Of a stretch of 64,000 bases of DNA, positions 46,067-54,204 are shown piece by piece. The DNA comes from an uncultured Bacteroidales bacterium. Its GTDB lineage: Bacteria; Bacteroidota; Bacteroidia; Bacteroidales; B18-G4. How positions within the stretch are numbered: the first letter of the stretch is position 1; every line of letters starts with the position of its first letter. The notes below the pieces were generated by a model. That model was not told the origin of the DNA, did no database searches, and worked only from the letters and a program-made list of their open reading frames with translations. The stretch is from contig CAYOLA010000031.1 of NCBI GenBank assembly GCA_964404735.1, positions 1,958-65,957 of the forward strand. The letters are read 5' to 3'. The translations under genes were made by a program, and so were the position numbers.

Positions 46067-48580
46067 ATGAAAAATAAGGAATATATCTGGAGAGGTGAAT
46101 GGATCAGCGAAGCTGAATTCGGAAAGAAAGCGGGCAACATTGGCCGCGACATGGCCCCCGACCTTCGGCTGCGCCTGGAACCGGCCACATTGTTCCGCGC
46201 CTGTGCCCGTTACAGGGACCTTTTGCTGGAAGGCGACTCACAGGAACTCATCGACTCCCTTGTGCAGGCCGGCAACACCCCTGAACATGCCCATCAGACC
46301 ATTGAAGAAATTGTTGCCTTTCTGGATCCGGGCTTTCTGGAAGAAAAAATGAAAAGGGAACTGGGGAGCGACAATCCCTTTATCCTTCACCGAAACAACT
46401 TCCGCAACGACACTTTTGAAGCCTGGGCACCCCTGGGCATGCTGGTACACGTAGTGCCGGGAAACGCCCCGACGGTGGCACCGCTCAGCGTGCTGGAAGG
46501 ACTCATGGCCGGAAACATCAACGTGCTTAAGAACAGCAGCAGAAACGGCAACTTCCCGCAGCTTATCCTGAAAGGCATCGTGGATGCCGATCCCTCCGGC
46601 ACCCTCAAGCCTTTCGTATATGCCTTCCGCCTGTCCTCTTCACGCCAAGACATCCTCAGTATCCTCTTCAATGAAGCCCACGGCATTGCCGCATGGGGCA
46701 GTGAAGAGTCGGTGGCCTCCGTGAGGCGGATGACCCCTGAGAACACCCGCATCATCGACTGGGGGCACCGCATCAGCTTCTCCTACGTGAGCAGGAAGAT
46801 GAAGGACGATGTTGTTACCCTTGAAAACATAGCCTACGACATTTGTGTGATCGAGCAGCAGGCCTGTTCCAGCCCGCAATGCCTTTACCTCGAAACCTCC
46901 GCCAGGGATGAACTGATGGCCTTTGCGCACAACTTTGCGGAAGTGCTCGACAGGGTCTCGCAGCGCTTTTCCCAGCCGAAACTGAGCATCGCTGAGATGG
47001 CCGAGATCACCAATGTGACCCAGGTCACCAGGCTGGGCGCTGCATTGGGCGAGTCGGAAGTAATTGAATCTGCCGGGAAGACCTGGCGGATACTGATCGA
47101 TTTTAAGCCGGGCCTGCGCCCATCACCGCTGTATCGAACGATCTGGGTGAAACCGCTTCCGAAAGACAAGATCGTAAGCACCCTCAGGCCCCTGAGAAAT
47201 TATCTGCAAACAGCAGGGCTGGCCTGTAAGCTGGAAGAGCTTGGAAGCATGAGCCGGGAGCTTTTACAGGCCGGCGTGACCCGCATCAAGCGGCCCGGCC
47301 ATCACCTCGACGGCTATGCCGGTGAGCCCCACGACGGGGTGTACGCCCTGCAACGTTATTGCCGGCGGATATGCCTGCAGCTTGGCAACCTCACTGACGG
47401 CATCACCAGCTTCGCCGACCTGGAAGAGCAAGCGGCACCCGTACTACCTGCCAACACCCCCGTCATCCATAAAGATGAATATATCAGGAAAAAAGTGCCG
47501 GAGAGGTTTTCAGAACTCTTTTTTAAGAGCGGGGGTACAAGCGGAAAGCCCAAGATGGCTGTTTATACCTACGAAGACTATCACAAACAGATGTTTGCCG
47601 CTTCCGAGGCCCTCTTCGCCGCCGGCCTCGATCCAACCACCGACCGCTGCATGAACCTATTCTTCAGCGGAGAACTGTACGGGGGCTTCATCAGTTTCTG
47701 GACCATCCTCGAAGGCATGGGGGCCATACAGTTTCCCATGACAGCCGTCCCCGACTACGGACATGTGGCCCAAACCATCATCGACAACAAGGTGGACACC
47801 CTCCTGGGGATGCCATTCTACTTTTCACAGCTTTTCGAAGCCTGCAAAAAAGAGCTGAAGGAATATGGCGGCATTCGTAAGATCTTTTATGCCGGTGAGC
47901 ATATGAGCAAGGCCATGCAGCAATATTACAAGGATGAATTTGGGGTGGAAGTGGTCAAGTCGGCCATATACGGCAGCAACGACGCCGGGCCGCTCGGCTA
48001 TAGCTGCACCCGTTGCGAAGGCAGCATCCACCACGTGATGACCCGCACCCAGTTCCTGGAGATATTTAAAATGGAGGAAGACAAACCCGTTGACAAAGGA
48101 GAAACAGGCAGGCTTATCTTCACCAGCCTTTCAAGGAAAGGGCAGAACCTTTACCGCTATGAGATCGGCGACCTGGGACGCTGGGTTGAAGAGCCCTGCC
48201 CCTGCGGAAGAAAAGCCCCGCGCTTTGAGTTGCTTGGCCGTTTCGGCGACATCTTCAAGATGGGGCCGCTCTTTAACTATAACACCTTTGCCAGGACACT
48301 GGAAAACAGCTTTGGCTATAAAGATGAGCTGCAATTGCTGCTCGACACCGCCGGGGCAGGCAAACAAAAGATCAGCGTGCGGCTGAACCGGAATGCCGGA
48401 CTGGACACGAAAGAAGTATGCGAGGCTCTGCTGGAAGGCGATCCCGTGTTGTACGACATGGTCATGAACGACAACCTCATTGAGCTTGAAGCGAAACCGG
48501 TGGATGGCACCGCCTTCACCAAGATCGAAACCAGCGGCAAACTGCAAAAGATCATCGACAAACGCAAACAAACCTCATGA
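46067..48580 (+). CDS. Fusion protein: LuxC-type acyl-CoA/acyl-protein reductase (N-terminal ~440 aa) plus a second PaaK-like adenylating module (C-terminal ~390 aa)
   Basis: 837 aa from ATG 46067. The N-terminal half has HVVPGNAPTVAPLSVLEGLMAGNINVLKNSS and EQQACSSPQ (a candidate catalytic Cys in an ALDH-like fold), as in LuxC. The C-terminal half has FFKSGGTSGKPKMAVYT, TLLGMPFYF, KIFYAGEHM, RYEIGDLGRWVEE and SGKLQKIIDKR, colinear with 43604-44872. Confidence 0.7.
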   Translation: MKNKEYIWRGEWISEAEFGKKAGNIGRDMAPDLRLRLEPATLFRACARYRDLLLEGDSQELIDSLVQAGNTPEHAHQTIEEIVAFLDPGFLEEKMKRELGSDNPFILHRNNFRNDTFEAWAPLGMLVHVVPGNAPTVAPLSVLEGLMAGNINVLKNSSRNGNFPQLILKGIVDADPSGTLKPFVYAFRLSSSRQDILSILFNEAHGIAAWGSEESVASVRRMTPENTRIIDWGHRISFSYVSRKMKDDVVTLENIAYDICVIEQQACSSPQCLYLETSARDELMAFAHNFAEVLDRVSQRFSQPKLSIAEMAEITNVTQVTRLGAALGESEVIESAGKTWRILIDFKPGLRPSPLYRTIWVKPLPKDKIVSTLRPLRNYLQTAGLACKLEELGSMSRELLQAGVTRIKRPGHHLDGYAGEPHDGVYALQRYCRRICLQLGNLTDGITSFADLEEQAAPVLPANTPVIHKDEYIRKKVPERFSELFFKSGGTSGKPKMAVYTYEDYHKQMFAASEALFAAGLDPTTDRCMNLFFSGELYGGFISFWTILEGMGAIQFPMTAVPDYGHVAQTIIDNKVDTLLGMPFYFSQLFEACKKELKEYGGIRKIFYAGEHMSKAMQQYYKDEFGVEVVKSAIYGSNDAGPLGYSCTRCEGSIHHVMTRTQFLEIFKMEEDKPVDKGETGRLIFTSLSRKGQNLYRYEIGDLGRWVEEPCPCGRKAPRFELLGRFGDIFKMGPLFNYNTFARTLENSFGYKDELQLLLDTAGAGKQKISVRLNRNAGLDTKEVCEALLEGDPVLYDMVMNDNLIELEAKPVDGTAFTKIETSGKLQKIIDKRKQTS

Positions 48581-50064
48581 CCGGGTTCCATCATTCAAAG
48601 CTCAGCATACAGAACCGCATCGATTACCTGCCGGAAGCGGAAGCATTTGTTGAAAAAATATCGGAGATCAGCGGGTTCAGCAGGCACGACAACAAACAGG
48701 TGCAGCTGGCCCTGGAAGAGATCCTGACCAACATCATCAAATATTCTTTTTTACCCGGCCAAAAAGGAAATATCGATCTGGAATTTATCCAAATGCCGGC
48801 CGGGCTGCAAATCCATATCCGGGTGAAGGGTATCCCCTTCGACCCCGCACTCTTCCCGGTATACAGCAAAGAAGAGCTGGAAAAGAATTACAACGACCGC
48901 GGGCTGGGCACCTTCCTGGTCGGGCAGGTCATGGATGAATTGTCGTACGTGAACCATGGCCATGAGGGGATCGAGGTCATCCTTATGAAACATCTCCCGA
49001 CCCGTTCCATCGGGCAGATGATCGATGCCGGGGAAACGGAAGCCATGGAGCATGGCAAAGAGCAGGCAAAGAGCCAGACAGTGTTTACGACCGGGCCGAT
49101 GCAGGCGCACGAAGCGGTTGAAGTTTCGCGCCTTGCCTATTATTGTTACGGATACAGCTATCCCTACGAGAACATCTATTATCCCCAAAAGGTAGCGCAA
49201 CTGAACAGGTCGGGGCAGCTTGTATCCTGGCTTGCCAGAACCGGCAATGGGGAGATCATCGGCCATTCGGCACTGAACATGGCACATGGGAACAATGCAG
49301 AGATCGGCATAGCATTCAGCAACCCCTTATACCGCGGCATGGGCGTGATGAACAGCCTTTGGGAAGACCTAATCGGAAAAGCCGTGAATATGCGCATCTG
49401 CGGTTTTTATGCCATGACCGTAACCACCCATCCCTATTCCCAGAAAGCGGCGCACCATTTCGGCATGCACGACTGCGTGCTGCTGGTGTCGCGGGTGCCC
49501 ACACTGAAATTCAGGGATATCAGGGAAGATATACATCCCAGGGAAAACATCATGATCACCTACCGTTACCTCCATCCTCCTGCCCGGCTCATCCTGCATC
49601 CTCCGCCCAGGCATCGCAAAATGATCATGGACATCATTGGCAACACCGGGGTTAAAGCCGAATATCCCGTAACGAAACCGGAATTGTCCCGGCTGGAGAG
49701 AAAGCGGACCAGGCTGAGCATTCATCGCAACAGGGACTTCATCACAGCCACCATCCGGATCGATCATTATGGCGCGCACACGGCCGACAGGGTCAGGGAT
49801 GCACTGAAAAGCCTGTGTATAGGCAGGTATGAAACCATATACCTCTACCTGAACCTGAACGACCCCTTTACCGCACTTCTGTGTCCTGAATTTGAGACCC
49901 TGGGCTTCTTCTTTGCAGGCGTTTTCCCGGGCGATGAAAACAACACTTTCCTCGTTTTACAATACCTGAACAACCAGTTGATGGATTACGGACTAATGAA
50001 GCTTGATGAAGGATTTGGCAGCGTGCTTGCCCATTATGTAAAAAACTGCGACCCCGGTCAGTAA
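48577..50064 (+). CDS. Fusion protein: RsbW/SpoIIAB-type anti-sigma serine kinase domain plus GNAT acetyltransferase domain plus an unassigned C-terminal region
   Basis: 495 aa. The HATPase_c_2-like N-box is LALEEILTNIIKYSF and the G-box is DRGLGTFLVGQVMDELSY. The GNAT core is GEIIGHSALNMAHGNNAEIGIAFSNPLYRGMGVMNSLW. No motif was recognised in the last ~200 aa. 4-nt overlap with the upstream gene. Confidence 0.65.
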   Translation: MTGFHHSKLSIQNRIDYLPEAEAFVEKISEISGFSRHDNKQVQLALEEILTNIIKYSFLPGQKGNIDLEFIQMPAGLQIHIRVKGIPFDPALFPVYSKEELEKNYNDRGLGTFLVGQVMDELSYVNHGHEGIEVILMKHLPTRSIGQMIDAGETEAMEHGKEQAKSQTVFTTGPMQAHEAVEVSRLAYYCYGYSYPYENIYYPQKVAQLNRSGQLVSWLARTGNGEIIGHSALNMAHGNNAEIGIAFSNPLYRGMGVMNSLWEDLIGKAVNMRICGFYAMTVTTHPYSQKAAHHFGMHDCVLLVSRVPTLKFRDIREDIHPRENIMITYRYLHPPARLILHPPPRHRKMIMDIIGNTGVKAEYPVTKPELSRLERKRTRLSIHRNRDFITATIRIDHYGAHTADRVRDALKSLCIGRYETIYLYLNLNDPFTALLCPEFETLGFFFAGVFPGDENNTFLVLQYLNNQLMDYGLMKLDEGFGSVLAHYVKNCDPGQ

Positions 50065-50666
50065 TTCTCGGGGATATTCTTCATGATGTTGAAAATGAAT
50101 TCACGGGCACGGAAAAGCTGTGCCTTCACGGTGCCGAGCGGCAGATTCAACTCTTCAGCAATCTCTTCGTAGGAATATTCTTTATAATACCGCAGTTCGA
50201 CAAGGGTACGGTAATGGGGCTTCAGTTTTTCCACCACTTCACGCATCAGCCCGATCTTTTCCTTTTTTATGACCTTTTCCTCGGGATCGGGGCTGTCGGA
50301 GGCAACGATGTTGGCCAGATCCTGACCCTCATCACCTTCTGTGCCAAGGTTAACCGCAAACGACTGCTTTCTCTTTTTCCGCATATAATCGATGCAGTTG
50401 TTTGAAGCGATCTTGAACAGCCATGTGCTGAAAGCGTAATCGGGGGTGTATTGTTCAAGTTTCTTGAATGCCTTTCCGAATGCTTCAATGGTAAGATCAT
50501 CCGCATCGCTGGCATTATTGGTCATCTTCAGCAGCATGAAGTAAAGCGAATCGCGGTAATTGTTCATCAGGGCGGCGTAGGCTTTCTGGTCGCCACGGCT
50601 AATGGCTGCCATCACCAGCTGATAATCACGCAGGGCTTTATCGGTGAGATTTGGATTTACTTCCAT
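50058..50666 (-). CDS. RNA polymerase sigma-70 family (ECF-type) sigma factor
   Basis: 202 aa. Region 2 has DLTIEAFGKAFKKL...FSTWLFKIASNNCIDYMRKK and region 4 has YSYEEIAEELNLPLGTVKAQLFRAREF. The start overlaps the upstream GT2 stop by 10 nt. Confidence 0.85.
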   Translation of the reverse strand: MEVNPNLTDKALRDYQLVMAAISRGDQKAYAALMNNYRDSLYFMLLKMTNNASDADDLTIEAFGKAFKKLEQYTPDYAFSTWLFKIASNNCIDYMRKKRKQSFAVNLGTEGDEGQDLANIVASDSPDPEEKVIKKEKIGLMREVVEKLKPHYRTLVELRYYKEYSYEEIAEELNLPLGTVKAQLFRAREFIFNIMKNIPENY

Positions 50667-51820
50667 TTATCAGGTTTTCTGATCATATTTGCCAGGCCCA
50701 GCACCGGGTAAATGATAATCAGGAATATTTCCGCCATAGGCGAAAGTAATAATAATTCCTTTTCGTTCAGCCTGATCATACTTTTTTTCGTGATCAGCAG
50801 ATGGCTGAAAAAGCGGATGGCAAATATGCCGCCGCCGACAAGCAGATTATATCCAGACACCATCGTGGCTGCAAACAGGAGCATAAAGGCGAGGGTGCTT
50901 CCCGACCAGCCGCCCAGCAACCATTTATATTTTTTCCTGTAATGTTTCCAGGTAGTGAAATGCCTCCTTTTCTGCCGCATCCAGGCCCCGAATGAGGTTT
51001 TTGGCACGGAAACGGTATGGCTTTGATGGCTTACTTCAACGGCAACGTTATTCCGCGAGGCAGCCCGGTTAATAAACAGGTCATCATCGCCCGAAGAAAG
51101 TTTATAGTGTGATGAAAAGCCTTTGTTCCTGTAGAAAAGCGATTTCCGGTAAGCGATATTCCGCCCCACCCCCATATAAGTATGTCCCGCCAGGGAAAAC
51201 GACAGGTACTGTATGGCGACCCAGAGTGTTTCGAAGCGGATCAGATAGTTGAGCAGCGAAGGCCTTCGCTCGTATGCGCCATAGCCGAGAACGATCTCCT
51301 TGCCTTCGCGGAAACCCGATGTCATACTGCTGATCCAATGCGAAGAGGCAGGACGGCAATCGGCATCGGTCAGCAGCAGTATCTCATTGGCGGCAGACTT
51401 GATGCCAAGCGAAAGCGGGAATTTCTTGCCATGAAAAAAGTTCAGGTCCTGACTGAGATTCACCACTTTAAGATTACTGTGTTCGCGGGCCATGTCGTTG
51501 AGCAACTCCAGGGAGTCGTCCTGCGAATTGTCGTTTACCACTACAACCTCAAAATCCGGGTATTCCTGGCGGAGGATTAGCGGCAGGTTATTTTTCAGGT
51601 TATCGTATTCGTTACGGGCGCAGATCACGACGGAAACGGGGCCTGCACCGGGTTTTTCGTCCCGGGCCTTTAGAAAGGCGAGCCTCCTGAAAACCACCCA
51701 CAGGTAGCACATCTGGATCAAAAACGCCAGCAAATAAGCCGCCATAAGCACTTGCTCAAGCGGTTCGGAAGGAAAATAAGGAAGCTGCATCACAACCGGT
51801 CTTGCCGCTAAATTATCCAT
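50657..51820 (-). CDS. Membrane-anchored family 2 glycosyltransferase
   Basis: GT2 motifs VSVVICARNEYDNL, VVVVNDNSQDDS, LLTDADC and SGDDDLF, with N- and C-terminal TM helices. ATG 51820 is chosen because the longer track ORF (to 52105) runs antisense into tgt. Confidence 0.8.
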   Translation of the reverse strand: MDNLAARPVVMQLPYFPSEPLEQVLMAAYLLAFLIQMCYLWVVFRRLAFLKARDEKPGAGPVSVVICARNEYDNLKNNLPLILRQEYPDFEVVVVNDNSQDDSLELLNDMAREHSNLKVVNLSQDLNFFHGKKFPLSLGIKSAANEILLLTDADCRPASSHWISSMTSGFREGKEIVLGYGAYERRPSLLNYLIRFETLWVAIQYLSFSLAGHTYMGVGRNIAYRKSLFYRNKGFSSHYKLSSGDDDLFINRAASRNNVAVEVSHQSHTVSVPKTSFGAWMRQKRRHFTTWKHYRKKYKWLLGGWSGSTLAFMLLFAATMVSGYNLLVGGGIFAIRFFSHLLITKKSMIRLNEKELLLLSPMAEIFLIIIYPVLGLANMIRKPDKWK

Positions 51821-51837
51821 TCTTCGCGAATAAAAAT

Positions 51838-51845
51838 TATCTTTG
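51838..51845 (+). promoter_or_regulatory. Candidate -7 promoter box TATCTTTG upstream of tgt
   Basis: Exact TAnnTTTG match 20 nt upstream of ATG 51866. Confidence 0.35.
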
Positions 51846-51865
51846 AACGAATTTTTATAAACAAC

Positions 51866-52996
51866 ATGAAGTTTATAATTCAGGCCACCGACACCCACAG
51901 CCATGCCCGCGCCGGCATAATTGAAACCCCGCACGGAACGGTAGAAACACCGGTATTTATGCCCGTCGGCACCGCCGCCAACGTTAAGGCCGTTCACATG
52001 CGTGACCTCAGGGACGACAGCCGTGCCCGGATCGTACTGGGAAATACCTACCATCTTTACCTGCGGCCCGGAACAGAGGTGTTGCAGCAGGCAGGCGGCT
52101 TGCATGCCTTTACCGGCTGGGAAGGCCCCATGCTCACCGACAGCGGGGGTTACCAGGTGTATTCACTGACCGGGATCAGGAAGCTCAGGGAAGAAGGGGT
52201 TACTTTCCAGTCGCACATCGACGGCTCAAAACATACATTCACACCCGAAAGCGTGATCGATATCCAGCGCATCATAGGGGCCGACATCATCATGGCCTTC
52301 GACGAGTGTACGCCATATCCCTGCGATCACGACTACGCCAAAAAATCGATGGATATCACCCACCGCTGGCTGAAACGTTGTGCCGACAGCTTTGCCGGCA
52401 CCGAAGCCCGCTACGGCTACCCGCAATCATTATTCCCCATCGTTCAGGGCAGTGTATACCCCGAACTCAGGAAGACATCGGCCGGCATTATCAGCAGCTA
52501 CGAAGCCGACGGCAACGCCATCGGCGGTCTTTCGGTGGGCGAGCCCCATGAACTGATGTATGAAATGACCGGACTGGTATGTGAGATACTACCAACCGAC
52601 AAGCCGCGTTATCTGATGGGTGTGGGCACACCGGCCAATATCCTGGAAAGCATCGCGCTGGGGGTTGACATGTTCGACTGCGTAATGCCCACAAGGAACG
52701 GGAGGAACGGGATGCTGTTTACCGCCGAAGGAGTGATCAATATGCGCAACAATAAATGGAAAGACGACTTTTCGCCGCTGGATGAAGAAGGCACGTCCTT
52801 TGTCGACCAACAGTACACCAAAGCATACCTGCGGCATCTTTTCATTTCGGGGGAAGTACTGGGCGGGATGATCGCCAGCCTGCACAACCTTGCCTTTTAC
52901 AGCCGGCTGATGCGTGAAGCCAGGGAACAGATACAGGCAGGCACCTTCGGCGCATGGAAAAGCAGCATGGTAAAAAAATTAAATACAAAGCTTTAG
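51866..52996 (+). CDS. tgt: Queuine tRNA-ribosyltransferase (tRNA-guanine transglycosylase)
   Basis: ARAGIIETPHGTVETPVFMPVGT, LTDSGGYQV, GLSVGEP, MGVGTP and FDCVMPTRNGRNG. Confidence 0.93.
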   Translation: MKFIIQATDTHSHARAGIIETPHGTVETPVFMPVGTAANVKAVHMRDLRDDSRARIVLGNTYHLYLRPGTEVLQQAGGLHAFTGWEGPMLTDSGGYQVYSLTGIRKLREEGVTFQSHIDGSKHTFTPESVIDIQRIIGADIIMAFDECTPYPCDHDYAKKSMDITHRWLKRCADSFAGTEARYGYPQSLFPIVQGSVYPELRKTSAGIISSYEADGNAIGGLSVGEPHELMYEMTGLVCEILPTDKPRYLMGVGTPANILESIALGVDMFDCVMPTRNGRNGMLFTAEGVINMRNNKWKDDFSPLDEEGTSFVDQQYTKAYLRHLFISGEVLGGMIASLHNLAFYSRLMREAREQIQAGTFGAWKSSMVKKLNTKL

Positions 52997-53012
52997 GCAG
53001 AAGGATGATTCC

Positions 53013-54089
53013 ATGAAGATACTCGACCTGTATATCATCAAAAAATTCCTTGGCACTTTTTTTTATGCCATTTCCCTGCTGATCGTGATCGTGATCATTT
53101 TTGATGTATCGGAGAACATTGACGAGTTCATCGAGAAAAAAGCCCCGCTCAACGAGATCATCTTCAGCTATTACCTGAACTTCATCCCCTATTTCATCAA
53201 CCTCTTCGTGTATCTGTTCACCTTTATCTCGGTGATCTTCTTCACATCAAAAATGGCCTCCAATACGGAGATCGTGGCCATGCTCAGCGGAGGCGTCAGC
53301 TATTACCGCTTTTTGAGGCCGTACCTCATCTCGGCCGTCCTGCTGGCGCTGATGTCGTTCTACCTCGGGAATTTCCTCATTCCCACAACCAATATTACCA
53401 GGCGGGAGTTCAAGGACAAGTACATGGAAAACCTCAGCCTCGACAAAGACCGGAACATTCATCTCAAGATCGGGCCCGAAACCCTGGTATTTCTCGAAAA
53501 CTACAATTCTTCCACCAATATCGGGATCAAGTTCAGCCTGGAAGAGTTCGAAGGCAACAAGCTGCTCACAAAGATCATGGCCGACCGCATCCGCTGGGAC
53601 AGTACGAAGCAGTCATGGGCCCTCGAAAACTATGTGATCAGGGAGATCACCGATGCGGGTGAACGCATCGACAGGGGTCAACGCCTCGATACAGTGATCA
53701 GGCTGAAGCCGTTCGACCTGTATGTAAAGAAAGAGGATTTTGAGGAGATGAACTACTGGGAACTGCGCGCTCGCATTCAGGAAGAAAGAATGAAAGGCTC
53801 GGAAAAGGCAAAAATCTACGAAGTAGAAAAGCACAAGCGTATCTCCGGGCCTTTCGCCACCATCATTTTAGCCATGATCGGGGTAGCCCTGTCGAGCCGT
53901 AAAGTGAGGGGAGGCATCGGCATGCACCTGGGCCTGGGCATCGGGTTTACCTTTACCTATATCCTATTCATGCAGATATCGATCGTATTTGCCACCTTCG
54001 GCAACCTGACGCCAATGCTCGCCGCCTGGATCCCCAACATCGTTTTTGCCGCCCTCGGCATATTCCTGCTGCGTACCGCACAGAAATAA
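53013..54089 (+). CDS. LptF/LptG (YjgP/YjgQ) family LPS export permease
   Basis: 358 aa beginning MKILDLYIIKKFLGTFF. It has three N-terminal TM helices, a periplasmic beta-jellyroll-size insert and three C-terminal TM helices. Confidence 0.8.
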   Translation: MKILDLYIIKKFLGTFFYAISLLIVIVIIFDVSENIDEFIEKKAPLNEIIFSYYLNFIPYFINLFVYLFTFISVIFFTSKMASNTEIVAMLSGGVSYYRFLRPYLISAVLLALMSFYLGNFLIPTTNITRREFKDKYMENLSLDKDRNIHLKIGPETLVFLENYNSSTNIGIKFSLEEFEGNKLLTKIMADRIRWDSTKQSWALENYVIREITDAGERIDRGQRLDTVIRLKPFDLYVKKEDFEEMNYWELRARIQEERMKGSEKAKIYEVEKHKRISGPFATIILAMIGVALSSRKVRGGIGMHLGLGIGFTFTYILFMQISIVFATFGNLTPMLAAWIPNIVFAALGIFLLRTAQK

Positions 54090-54204
54090 CAAAATATGTT
54101 TAAAGTGAGACTGTCTTTTCATGAGAGAAACCAAATGAAAAGGCCTGGCCGAACTCCTGCCTGCCGTTTTACAAGCCGAAGACGGGCACCCCGCAGCTAA
54201 ATGG

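Noticed and set aside
43604-48580. A bioluminescence (lux) operon, because LuxC- and LuxE-like genes are present.
   Set aside because: The window has no luxA/luxB luciferase, luxD acyl-transferase or luxG-like genes. The gene order and fusions differ from luxCDABE. The genes are treated as a fatty/aryl-acid reductase-type cassette of unknown role.
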